NCBI RefSeq assembly: GCF_001194135.2
Contig: NC_068994.1
Span: 38,760,301 to 38,800,847, forward strand
DNA: 40,547 bases
Source of the DNA: Octopus bimaculoides
Lineage: Eukaryota
Reading direction: 5' to 3'
The position numbers were made by a program, and so were the translations under genes. Below are positions 21,066-33,742 of this stretch, piece after piece. The notes below the pieces were generated by a model that was given only the letters and a program-made list of their open reading frames with translations, searched no databases and was not told where the DNA came from. The stretch's first letter is position 1, and each line of letters begins with the position of its first letter.

Positions 21066-23149
21066 CTTCTTTATTTATTATTTGCATTATTCTTTGATAT
21101 TTCAAGCTAATTTTCTGACTACTTCTGAAATCAATAGAGAAGCTTCAATAAGCAGAACAGAAGTAGAAACACGATAAATTTTAGGAAAAGAAAGAAAAAA
21201 AACCCCCGAAAAATTATAACAAAAGCAAAAACAAAAAAAAAAAAATCTCTAAATATGATTTTCAAAGACTCTCAGAGATAATTACTCTTGGATAATTGGG
21301 TTGTTTAATGAAGATGGTTTGTCATATTAGAAAAATCAATTTTGAAAAGGAAGGGGAGCCAACACAACGATGAATAGTCCGAATTCTTAGAGTGCACGGT
21401 AAGAATTTTCAAGGGAGAAAACTCAGAAATATTTGCATAGAAAAGAAATTGAATTTGGTTGTTGAGATTTGACATTTTGATAGGACAAACGAGAATAGTT
21501 TTTCCTATTAGAGAAAGATTATTCATCAGGTTAACTTCAGAATTTTCGCTCTTGACTTTTTATTTTGCCTCACTTTTTAAAACTCCTTTTCTGCAGATTA
21601 TTTTCAGATATTTGTTCTGTATTGAATTTTAAATGGTTACCATTTATGTACAGAATTACAAGATATTTCCATTAATATTGTTGCTTTTGTTTAAAAAAAA
21701 AAAAAAAAGTATCTGCCTTTTTCTTCTTTTTACTTTTTTTTATTGTTTTCTTCTTTTCTCGTTTTGCTTAGTAATTATTGTGACTAAAAAAACAAAAAAA
21801 AAACAAAAAAAGAAACAAAAGCAAGAATGAAAAACTTTCATATCTTTTTGTCAATACGAATCTATTTGTTGTATTTCTGGAGGATAGATTTGGATCAGTT
21901 TCCAAAGGAAGCAATAAACAGATAACAGAGTAATAAACAGAATGAAATTATCTGTAATTTATGCAAATATATTAGCAAGAACTAAATAGGAATGATTTCT
22001 TTTTCTCTCTTTCTTTTCCCTTTAATTTTTTTTATTTTTAACTACAAAGAACAAAAGAAAAAAAGAAAAAAAGACACAGAATAATCGACTTCAAAAGTAA
22101 ATAACAATAAATTCTTAAAAAATAAAGAATATGAATGTATTTTCTATTATCACTTACATACTTCTCAATTTGGAATAATTCCTTTTCTCTCTATTCCTTT
22201 ATTTTTTTTTTATTCTCCTTGGAGATTGCCAACTAAAATTTGAGTTAAAAAGATTTAAATACATTTAAAATGGAGCAATGCATTTCTTTCTATTGTTACT
22301 TGTCTTTTAAATGCCAATTATGCTCAAGAATATTTGAGAGGAGATAAAGTAAATTGTATTTTATTGTCTCACAGAATGAACAAAATAAGTCAATATGCAA
22401 ACTTTTTGATGATAGAATTTATTGGAATTGTGTTCAACAACCATTCTTGTTTCATAGCATAACAGTTGTATTGTAAAATATCTATCTATATATCAACGTG
22501 TATACATCAATATGTGCATGTGTGTGAGTGCATGCGTGCATGTGTTTGTGTGTATGTGTGTGTGTGTGTGTGTGTAAGTTCAAAACTCTGATATATAAAA
22601 TAGTGTCAGTGTTGAAATAAAAAAAATTTTTTTGCATTAACAGCCAATACCATCCACTTCTTTAGAGATAATATCACCCTTTATTCTTTCCTAGACTTCC
22701 ATGCCCAGTGTCACCCACATACATACTAGACATCTGATGCCAAATTTGCATTGATGACATGAACAGAAAACCTTGAAAGCATCTTCTAATCTTGTCTGTT
22801 TCATCAGTAAAAACATAATCGGTGCTAAAAAAGAAAAAAAAATTATTGCACTAAATCCCTCTCCCTAGACATGAGCAGTATACTACAAAAGCCCATTTTA
22901 TTACAATATCTAAGTGACACTATTATTTAGAAACTTTTTGTGTGAAAGCACTTTAACAAAACAAAGACTGTATCTTGAAGACTGGCACTTTTCTTTAGTG
23001 CTGTGATTCTCAGCTATTTTTTACCTATGGATCCCTTTGATTACTGTTATATTCTGGTGGATCCCCACAGCCAGTCAATGCTGAAAAACTAGTTTTATAG
23101 ATACTTCTTCTTTCAGAATTCCTATTTTGCTTTTCGCACATTAACTTGT

Positions 23150-23362
23150 GTGTTGTGTTCTTGAGCAAGCACTTCATTTCTCATTGCTCTGCAATCATTT
23201 CAACAACTGACATATAGCACTCAGTTGCACCTGTACAGGTAATGTCGATTTCATGGAGGGAGTGACCTTTTGTCTACACAAACATTTGATCACTACAGAC
23301 AAATCATCTGTGTGATTGTTAGGTAAGAAATTGTCGAACCCTCATACATCATCTAACAATGG
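23150..23362 (+). mobile_element. SINE family C, headless copy
   Basis: GTGTTCTTGAGCAAGCACTTCAT...GCACCTGTACAGGTAA...CTCATACATC, collinear with the 34587 copy. Confidence 0.75.
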
Positions 23363-23407
23363 GAGAGTCCATTATTATATATATATACATACATACATAC
23401 ATACATG

Positions 23408-23449
<42 letters not shown>

Positions 23450-23651
23450 AGAGAAAAAAACCACAACTATTGAATTCATCCATGAAAATCCACAATCACG
23501 TATAGAAAAATTTAATAAGTAAATATACTAAAAAGACCTATAATAAAAATCCCAAAAGTACAAAGTAATAAATATTATAATAGAAATTTAATTTTGATAA
23601 ATCAAATTGAATTTTTCCCCGTAAAGTTGGATTTTTATCCCTAATATTATT

Positions 23652-23686
<35 letters not shown>

Positions 23687-24589
23687 TCACATATATACAT
23701 ACATATATATGTATATGAATAGATAGAGAGATAGATAGATAGACAGATAGATAGATAGATGGATAGGTAGATAAATATAGATATATACACATGTATACAT
23801 ACAGGCATACATATATACATATATATGCGTAAATATATGTTGGTAAGAAAAGTATCTACCTCATGTTCTTGCTTATTGTGTGTAGATGGTTAAAGGGAGA
23901 GGCGTGTTGTTTTATAACGTATGTAAATATTTGTGATACAAAGACACAGAGTTTGTGATCAATGTAACAACCAGTAGCTGCTTACATACTCAGAGCTTGT
24001 GATCTATTTAAAGACTTTTAGCATTCAGACAGACATAGAGCTTTTAAGATATGTAAAGACCGGTGACAAACAGACACAGAGTGTATAATATTTACATAGG
24101 AACATTAACAGCATGTAGAAACAGGCAAATGAAGTACTAATAACTAGAGCACTCTAGACTTTCTTTGAATATTCAGAAATTTTATTTCATCGACAGCGTT
24201 GATCATGGCAAATTAAACAGATTACAGTTACTGGAAAGAACAAAGTTATGGCAGCCAAATGTGTTCTACTCTTAATTGAGTAGAGAGTATTCTTTGTTGT
24301 TGAATTATAAGGAGTATAAAGACAGCTTAATGAGGAATATTTCTATTTGAACTGAATGGGCGTAGTCTTTGGTCATAAACCAATTTAGAATTATTTTTTG
24401 TTTTTTTATTTTTTTACTTTTTTATCGAGGTGATCATTTATGAAAATACATTTCTGCAAGAAGACAAATTGCTCTGCTGACTTAATTATGTTAATTTTTC
24501 ACGAGTAGTTCATCGGAACTTGTGTCATAATCTGCATACCTGCATCATACATAATATGCACCAGTTGTTATTTTGATATTTTATACGTT

Positions 24590-24915
24590 TTACTTCTTCT
24601 TCTTCTTCGTTGTCGTCGTCGTCATCATCGTCGTCATCGTCGTTGTCTTCTTCTTCTTCTTCTTCTTCATCGGCGTCGTCGTCTTCTTCTTCTTCTTTTT
24701 CTTCTTCTTATTCTTCTGCTTCTTCTTCTTCTTCTTCGTCGTCGTTGTCGTCGTCGTCGTTGTCATCTTCGTCATCATCGTCATCGTCATCTTCGTCATC
24801 GTCGTCATCGTCTTCTTCTTCTTCTTCTTCTTCTTCTTCTTCTTCNNNNNNNNNNTTCTTCTTCTTCTTCTTCTTCTTCTTCTTCTTCTTCTCCTCATTA
24901 TTATTGTTATTATTT
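24590..24915. repeat. (TTC/GTC/ATC)n compound microsatellite with a 10-nt gap
   Basis: Direct reading. Confidence 0.95.
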
Positions 24916-25180
24916 CTTTTTTCTTTATGTATTTTATGGTGTTGATCAAAGGAGGGAAGACAGTACTCATGACCTTATTGCAGTGTTTCAAGGAGTGAAA
25001 GAGCAGAGGGGAGTAATCTGTGTAGGTTATCCTAAGAAAAAAAGAAAAAAAAAAACCATCTCTAGTGCTCCAGTGAGCTTCATCATATGATTTCCACCAA
25101 CCCAATCCAATTTCACTCACAAGACCTTATGCTGACATGAAGCAATGGTAGACTGCACTTAGATTGAACATAAAATTATA

Positions 25181-25397
25181 TGAGGGGGTGCTGGAAAGTT
25201 CCTGGCTTTAAGGGTATCACAAAAGACCTAGTCGAAGGCCCAAACTCCTAAGTTCTTTTATATGGCTTAGAAAAACTGAAGGACCACTGCAATGCGCGTG
25301 TGAATCTGAGAGGGAAATATGGTGAATAAAATCATAATTAACTGATCCTCCTGTATTTTCTTTTACCCAAAGCCAAGAAAGTTTCAGCACCTCCTTG
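25181..25397 (-). mobile_element. Mariner-derived MITE / deletion derivative
   Basis: 29-bp imperfect TIRs (25181-25209; 25369-25397; 7 mismatches) flanked by TA at 25179-80 and 25398-99. The internal + strand reads GLEKLKDHCNARVNLRGKYGE*, resembling a mariner transposase C-terminus, so the coding remnant is on +. Confidence 0.8.
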
Positions 25398-25485
25398 TAC
25401 ATTTGTAGAAGAAGGAGCAGCCACATTTCCTTCACATTAGATTCTGTCATATTTTTTATAAAGCAATACATCAGTACTTACTGAT

Positions 25486-25880
25486 GTAGCTTGCTTACCA
25501 ACTACATGGTTCTGGGTTCAGTCCCACTGCGTGGCACCTTGGGCAAGTGTCTTCTACTAGAGCCTCGGGCCAACCAAAGCCTTGTGAGTGGATTTGGTAG
25601 ACGGAAACTGAAAGAAGCCCATCGTATATATGTGTATATATATATGTATGTGTGTGTATATGTTTCTGTGTCTGTGTTTGTCCCCCCAACATCACTTGAC
25701 AACAGATGCTGGTGTGTTTACGTCCGTGTAACTTAGCGTTTTGGCAAAAGAGACTGATAGAATCAGTACTAGGCTTGCAAAGAATAAGTCCTGGGGTCGA
25801 CTTGCTCGACTAAAGGCGGTGCTCCAGCATGGCCACAGTCAAATGACTGAAACAAGTAAAAGAGTAAAAGAGTAAAAGAG
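25486..25880 (+). mobile_element. SINE family A, slightly 5'-truncated
   Basis: B-box-like GGTTCAGTCCC, full body and (GAGTAAAA)n tail. Confidence 0.9.
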
Positions 25881-28800
25881 CTGAAAATGTAGATAATGAA
25901 ATGCAATGATGTGATGTTCATGCATTTCCCAAGTAAATAATAGCATAAGTGAAGTGAAATGACATCAAAGAAAGACAATAAAATCAAGTTTTAGCTTGGC
26001 TCTGTTGCAGGTGCTGCTATTTTGCTCAATGCCACTTGTCACTATAATGAAATGTCATTAATTGATTGCTTAATTAATACAAACACACATAGTTACACGC
26101 ACACTACTCATACACATAGAGCCAAACACACATAATGTACATTATTGAACATAGTCTGCAGGATGACAATAATAACAACAACTGCAATAAAGGTAGAAAT
26201 AAGTTTGCGAAAGAGCTCTCCTATATTTCTAATTAATACCACAATATGTTGGACTTTGATGATGGAAAGTATTGTGTCTTTACTGTTATGGTCATTTACA
26301 AAAGCTATTGTTCTTATATCAGACCACGAGGCAAAATAATGCTGAAAGAGGAAACTGAACCTTATTGATTGATTCCAGTTTTGCCAATATGTTAAGGTAA
26401 GAGAAACACAACAAAAGAGATATAGAGAATGGTGCGGGAGAGGAAGGAGAAAAGGAGAAAAATAGATCTTTCAATAGTTTTATGAATTTTATGAATAAAT
26501 AAATGAATAAGAATTTAAAGAAAGAATGAAAAAGAAATGAAAATTCCACCATTAATTAAATTCTTTGGAAAAGCTCATTAGAGATTAGATATTAATTTCA
26601 CTGTTTAATTGATGGCTAGGCTAGTCTGCAACATACAGATGTAGTTTTATTTGAAGAATGCATTAAGCAAGTTTGGATTTCTTAAGAAACTAGTCAACAT
26701 GAAATATTTCTGAAGCAATTTTAGTTCTTCCTTCTGAAGCAATAATTAAAGAATAAATGCTTTCTTTTGTCTAATAGGTAATGGTTGAATTAACTGATTC
26801 TAACATTTCTGACAAGGTTTTGTTTCAATTTTTAGAAAGCTTACAGGCTTGAAAGCAGTACTTATTATAAAAATATCTTATTGCATAGAAGAAATGGAGT
26901 TTATAAATTCAAGTAATAGCATTTTAAAATAAAGCTGTTCAAAAGAAATTATACTGAGTATAGAATTAGAAATATTTGGAAAATTATAGACAAAATGCTT
27001 AGAATTTTCTTTGTATACGTACATACATACATACATACATACATACAAACATACGTATGTTCATATGTATGTTCGTATGTATGTATGTATGTATGTATGT
27101 ATGTATGTTTATAAGGTAATAGATATATTTAAAGGCATTTTTAATTAGTTTTTCAACAATAAATAATCTGTATTCAGATGTAATTATAAACATTTTTGAA
27201 AGTAAAATTTTTTAGGATTTTTATAAGAGCTATTTGTTGATAATACACTCAATAGATATGCTTGTTTAAGAATCAGAGTAAGGTTATCTGATAAGCTTTT
27301 TATATTGGCTTAAGTCTGTAGAAATATTGATCTAAAGCAGCCCTTGTTACTGACTGGTGTTTTACAAAGGCCACCTTCTCGTGTTTTACAAAAGCAAACA
27401 AAATACTCCAAAATGGTAGATTATTTTCATTAATCCCATCCAGCATGTGCTTCTTTTTAGATATTTTGATGGAATAGAACCCCTATGTTAAATTCTAACT
27501 GAAATTCTTAAAAAAGAGGATGGAAATATAAAGTGAAATTATTATGTTGTAACTTGGCCTGTCACCAGTCATGTTTCTGTTCACTAATAATACAATGTTT
27601 TATTCATGTTTTAATTTTAACAAAGGATTTGTTTAAAAATGCATTCAATATATAAGTAATATAATGAGTTTATATATTTTATTTTGAAGGAAAATCATGA
27701 GCCTTCTAAACACGAAGCACTCCCTATGGTAAAATCTTGACATATGCTGCCTTCATGTGAGCTCACAACATCCCAAAGGTGCACTTCTACCCATGACAAA
27801 ATGTTACCGATTTACGGTAATAGGAATGATAGGAAGTTTATGCACTATTAAAAGCAAAAGCTATGAAACATGATGATGATGATGATGACGATGACAATGA
27901 TGACAGGAGTGATTTGCTCCCAGGTCAGCACTGGCCATGAAGATCTATGATTCAAAGTGTTCTAACTTTGACCATTCCTTTTATTTTATTTACTTATTTA
28001 TTTATTTATTTTTTTTGCAATATGTAAGATTACATTATCCAGTTCATCCTTTCCTTATGTAAAATGGTATCGTGTGATTTGAATGATTTAACTGCTATTT
28101 CTAGCAGCTTGAGTGACCACATAGAAACTTAGTTATTGTCCCCCAAAGTTATTAGTAGCATAAATGAAGTGCGATGATTTCCACTGGGAATTGAGGCTTT
28201 ATCACAGAATTCACTCTCTTGGAGAATAACATGAATAAAGAATATAAAATAAACTGGCAAAATAAGTTTATATTTGAAGATTAGAACCAAAAGTTTTAGC
28301 AGTTACATCAGCAGCAATTTACACCAACATTCATTCATAAATATTTGATACACTGACAGCAGCAACAGTAGTAGCAGCAGTAGCAGCAGTGTTCCAGACA
28401 CATGCTACACCAGCACTAACACCATTATACTAAAATGCCTTCACATTTGAAGAGATTTGTAGATTTAGGAATAATCTTGAATATATCATCATCCTTGTTG
28501 GTGTTGGCAACATTGATGACATCATTGTCAGCTATTGGTGTTGTTGGCCATCATCGTTGTTGTCATCATCATCATCATCATCCTTAAATTGAGATACTCG
28601 ATTGTTAGGGTACCACATCAGATACTCTGGTAATCAGTAATCACTAATGGTTCCTGTCTTCTGTCTGTGGCCATAATGTCAAGGGGTAAAGATTTTTCTG
28701 TGTCATTTCTTTAGCCCTCTGTCAACTGTGATCTTGGAGAGTGTTTTGGACAGACAGTGGCATCAGGACACATGACAGTATCACATGAACTGGGTGAATG

Positions 28801-29014
28801 ATAACATAAAAGTACCCTCATTAGCTAATTAAGAAGCTTAAATATACTATGTGAAGACCATTGGTTGGTTTCAGTATCTTAATAAATAACTAGGTAGATT
28901 CTTTCATTGTACTGGCACTAAACAGTAGATCTAAGAAAAATCTCTGTGTGTAAAATATATTGATTTAGTTCATGTAATAAAGATAAGAATACATACTCAA
29001 AATTTCAAACATAG

Positions 29015-29470
29015 AACTATAGATTATCTAAGGATCCCTATATTTCAATGAATTTTAACATGGATTAAAAGATAGATCATTGATTTAGCAATGTGTCTAA
29101 AGATAAGATTTCAAGCAGGGATCAGCAGATAATCTAGATAGTTCTATTGTGGATCTACAGACAATCCAAGTATTTTTCACATAGATGAATAAATAAGCCA
29201 AGGGTTTCTTACATGGATGACTAAATAATTCAATGTTTTCTCTTATGGATTGATTGATTATCAAACGATTTCTCATGTGGGTCAAAATAATCCAAGAATT
29301 GTTAATATGGTGCTACAAGTAATCCAAAGATTTCTCACATGTATTTACAGATAATACAAGGATGTTTTACTCAGGCCAACAGTTGATCAAATGATTTCTC
29401 ATATGAATCAAGATAAACCAAGGATTTTTAATATGGTGCTGTCGGTAATCCAAGGATTTCTAAAATGAAA
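29015..29470. repeat. Degenerate ~31-bp minisatellite with a 126-bp higher-order period
   Basis: ATAATCCAAGGATTTCTCA-like monomers; GATTTCTCAT at 29267 and 29393; ATGGTGCT at 29307 and 29433. Confidence 0.75.
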
Positions 29471-29618
29471 CAACAGAAGTTGGAGTTATTTGAAGTCAGG
29501 ATTGAAAATAATCATTGTATGCATGATACTTAGGGATTTGCTCCATTGCATGCTGGCCATATGAAAAGAGACTAGATACAATTCTAATAGAAGAAAAAAA
29601 TTCACAGTAAGTAAAACT

Positions 29619-29933
29619 GTCTTTTTCTTGTCTCAGTCATTGGATTGCAGCCATGCTTGTACACCACCTTGGAGCGTTTTAGTTGAATGAACCAACCCCA
29701 GTAGTTAAGTGATGGATGTAGTGACAAACACAGATACAAAGATGCACACANNNNNNNNNNNNNNNNNNNNNNNNNNNNNNNNNNNNNNNNNNNNNNNNNN
29801 NNNNNNNNNNNNNNNNNNNNNNNNNNNNNNNNNNNNNNNNNNNNNNNNNNNNNNNNNNNNNNNNNNNNNNNNNNNNNNNNNNNNNNNNNNNNNNNNNNNN
29901 NNNNNNNNNNNNNNNNNNNNNNNNNNNNNNNNN

Positions 29934-29976
<43 letters not shown>

Positions 29977-30192
29977 GTATACACACACACAACATACACA
30001 TGCACACACACACACACACACACATACATATATACACTATGGGCTTCCAAACAGCTTTAGTCTACCATATTCACCCATAAGGCTCAAGGTTAGAGTCAAA
30101 GACACTTGTCCAGGGTGACATGTAGTAGGACTGAACCCAAAGCCTCATGGCTGCAGAGTCAGCTTATTAACCACACAGTCATGCCTGCATCT
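29619..30192 (-). mobile_element. SINE family A, diverged, spanning a gap
   Basis: Tail-side match at 29619-29750 and head-side match at 30050-30192; the gap falls in the internal microsatellite. Confidence 0.75.
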
Positions 30193-30819
30193 GTAAGATA
30201 ATAAATTTTGCTCCAGAAATTCCGACTATTGACATTAAAGGATTCTTTCCAAGAAAGAAATTCAATAAATTAATAGCACTAGCATTAGAATTTTCCGACT
30301 GTAAAAGAGCAGCATTCTTCACAATTTACTTAATGTAGATCAACAAGATCCAAAACAATAAGATGCCTGCACTGTAAAAACAAAAGAAAAAGAAAAAAAA
30401 GAAAAACAAACATGGCTGGACTTTTATTTTAACAAAAGCTATGATGAGGATGCAAAAGTATTGAAAAAAGCAGAAATTATCTAAAAACTATGCTAAGATA
30501 GGTGATAATGAATACTATGGATTGCATAGCTTATTAAATATTTATTGTAAAATCTATCATAATCACTGACAAACATTGGCATCTTTTTTGCAAGTGCTGC
30601 CACTTCTCCCATTTTTGCTATTTTTTTAATAAATAACATCTTTTTTTTCTTTGATTCCAATTCAATCCCATCTATTTAAGGACTGTACAGTTCTTCACTT
30701 CCCTCTCAAGTGTTATTTGCACTCCATGTGTTTTGTTTACAAACAATGTTGGCAAATATTGCTTCTTACATGCAGTAACTTCTGTCCCAATACATTCTGT
30801 TGAAAAAAATCAAGAAATC

Positions 30820-30925
30820 ATGACCATAATGACGATGGCTGTGGTGGTGGTGGTGGTGGTGGTGGTGGTGGTGGTGGTGGTGGTGGTGGTGGTGGTGGTG
30901 GTGGTGATGACGATGAAAATCATGT

Positions 30926-30984
<59 letters not shown>

Positions 30985-31100
30985 TTGATCAGGATGATGC
31001 TCATGCTGATGATGAATGATGATCATCATCACCATCCTCCCACCACTACCACCACCATCACTGTCTCTGCTACCTCCACTGCCACCACCACCACTATTGT
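30820..31100. repeat. (GTG)22, (GAT)n, then (CAT/CAC)n
   Basis: Direct reading. Confidence 0.95.
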
Positions 31101-31390
31101 TATCAGGCTTTTAATGTCCATTTCTTCACAGCAGCATAGGTAGGATGCATATGTCGCATGGACTATCACTACACATCACATGAATAACGGTTAGATTCTA
31201 GTTGAAGTTTGCCCCAAGGTCAGCCCCAAGTGAGCAGATTTATGATCAAAGGCATTCCATCCATAACCATCTCCTCTTTTCTTCCATTCTTTATTTCTTT
31301 CTTAGCACAATCTATCCTGGTATATATTACCCACCACACCAAACATAATTTTTTTTTTCTTTTCTGAAAGATGGTACAATATGATTTGAA

Positions 31391-31780
31391 AGTGGCTGTG
31401 TGGTAAGTAGCTTGCTTACCAACCACACGGTTCCGGGATCAGTCCCACTGCGTGGCACCTTGGGCAAGTGTCTTCTACTATAGCCTCGGGCCAACCAAAG
31501 CCTTGTGAGTGGATTTGGTAGACAGAAACTGAAAGAAGCCCGTCGTATATATGTATGTGTGTTTGTGTGTCTGTGTTTGTCCCCCCACCATCGCTTGACA
31601 ACTGATGCTGGTATGTTTACGTCCCCGTAACTTAGCGGTTCGGCAAAAAGAGACTGATAGAATAAGTACTAGGCTTACAAAGAATAAGTCCTGGGGTCGA
31701 TTTGCTCGACTAAAGGTGGTGCTCCAGCATGGCCACAGTCAAATGACTGAAACAAGTAAAAGACTAAAGAGTAAAGAGTA
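31391..31780 (+). mobile_element. SINE family A, near full length
   Basis: A-box-like TGGCTGTGTGG, B-box-like GGGATCAGTCCC, body and GAGTAAAG tail. Confidence 0.9.
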
Positions 31781-32550
31781 AGTTATATAGCTCCATAGAA
31801 GAGCTCTCACTAACTCATATTGTTGCTGTTGTTATAATATGTGTAGGAATCAATTTTAGGGAATTTGCTGCTTTTATTTTTTTTGATAGTGAGATATTGT
31901 ACTTCCATTGTAGTGTGTAATGTTTATGGTGATTCAGTGTGTGTTTAGGGGAGTATCTGCTATTCTGTGATGCCTGAGTGTGTATCAGGGAATTTTGTAC
32001 TGAGATGCTTCTATACATCCACTGTTCATATTTTGTGCAAAGCCATCACCTTTGAATATTTTTCCCACTTAGTATTGATCTGCATAATATTGATCTGTTT
32101 CAACTTCATTATCTTTCAATCAGCATTTAAGTAGTTACCTTTTCTAGTTTATTCTTTTTGGAATTATATTCTTCTTTATCCCTATTTAACATAGAATAAT
32201 ATAGTCTCTGATAGATTTGGATAGAATTTTTAGCAGGACAAGCAACCGACTCAAAAAGTTTCCCCATTCACTGAAGAATTGTCTAATTTCTAACAAAAAT
32301 ATCATCTATTCTTTAATTTAGCACCTATGATTTTTGGTACAGCCACTCACAGTTAGGGCCATTTCAGCAGCATTATAGGTCCTTAGACAAATCGATGCAC
32401 TGAGCTCTATAGTATTTATTTAATGACTGCAAACCACATTATATATAGATCATAATTGGGCCCTAAGATCAGTAAGGCACCCTAAAAACTGTCAAGTGTA
32501 ACCATATCTTAATATGGCACTGCACACTGCACTAATTAAATCACTAATAT

Positions 32551-32972
32551 TTTTTATCTTTTATCTTTTACTTGTTTTAGTCATTTGACTGTGGCCATGC
32601 TGGGACACTGCCTTGAAGGGTTTTAGTCAAATAAATCGACTCCAGGACTTATTTTTTAAGCCTAATACTTATTTCATCAGTCTCTTTTTACCAGCCACTA
32701 GGTTATAGGGACGTAAACACACCAACCAGGGTTGTTAGTGGTGGTGGGTGACAAACACAAATGCATAGATATATACAGGTCAATGTGTCACATAGACACA
32801 AATATGTACAATGGGCTTTTTTCAGTTTTTGTCTACCAAATTCACTCGCAAGGTTTTGGTGAATCTGAGGCTATAGTAGACAACACTTACCTAAGATGTC
32901 ACATAGTGGGACTGAACCTGGAACCATGAAGTTGTGAAGCAAGCTTCTTACCACACAGCCATGCCTGCACCT
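32551..32972 (-). mobile_element. SINE family A, full length, diverged
   Basis: Reverse complement of the head GGTGCAGGCATGGCTGTGTGGTAAGAAGCTTGCTT and of the tail. Confidence 0.85.
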
Positions 32973-33033
32973 ATATTGTTGATGGATTTCATTCTATGGA
33001 TGCCACTGCTACTAGCTTACTCCTGTACAGCTA

Positions 33034-33562
33034 CAGGATATTCATAAAGTCATGATGCAATTTAAAATGCATGTATCTTTGTAACTGTACATGGTAGAAT
33101 TAATTTGTAAGAAGGATAAGAAAGAAGAATAACCTAATTTTTTTATTAATCTTGTTAGTTTTCAACATATCCACCATCATTACTAACACAAAGAGAGAAA
33201 TACAATTCTGTAGTTCTCAGAAAACATTTTCCAGCTGATTTTCACTAACATTTGCAATTACGTTCTTGCTTTCAAATCTTCTTAAGATCGAGGCTTAGTT
33301 GAATAAACAATACGTTTCACATATACCCACAAAAAGAAATCTAATGGAGTCAAATCTGGTGAATGTGGAGGCCAAAATAATGGTCCACCTCTTCCAATCC
33401 ATCTGTTAGGGAATTTCTCATTTAGAAACTGCCTAATTTGCAGAGCAAAGTGACAAAGTGCACCATCTTGTTGAAAAACTGTATTCTCTATTAGGTCTAA
33501 TTGTTCAAGCTTAGGAATGAAGTAATTTTGTAGCATTGCACTATGATTTTATGGATGCCCTG
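33034..33562 (-). mobile_element. Internally deleted Tc1/mariner element retaining the transposase C-terminus
   Basis: 28-bp TIRs (33034-33061; 33535-33562; 6 mismatches, all transitions) with TA on both sides. ORF 33536-33282 contains FQQDGA and WPPHSPDLTPLDFFLW and continues past a stop and frameshift to CVSNDGGYVEN*. Confidence 0.92.
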
Positions 33563-33742
33563 TATTCCATTTGAAAGTCTTGATTTTCTATCAGTTTCCA
33601 TGATATTTCACCACATCTTTTATTTTTGACCATATACTCTGAGTATACAATAAACGGTAGACAGTACCTGTCCATGTAACAAGTAAAACCGATACTCAGA
33701 TAGCACTGGAGATTAACAATAAAATTGTTAGTATTTAAAGTG

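Noticed and set aside
21390-21600. + strand donor CACG|GTAAGA and acceptor TTTTCTGCAG| about 200 nt apart
   Set aside because: No coding frame or other support; compatible with chance.
19048-22751. snRNA gene implied by octamer (DSE) motifs
   Set aside because: No U1/U2/U6-like sequence or PSE recognised nearby.
23000-23140. hAT-MITE-like left end (CTGTGATTCTCAGC...)
   Set aside because: No matching right TIR or TSD found.
24260-24400. Short inverted repeat TCTACTC-N6-GAGTAGA and a GGGCGTAG + CCAAT pair as a second promoter
   Set aside because: Short motifs with no associated exon or splice donor.
32354-32522. Possible hAT MITE (TAGGGCCATTTCAG ... CTTAATATGGCACTG)
   Set aside because: TIR match is weak and no 8-bp TSD is present.
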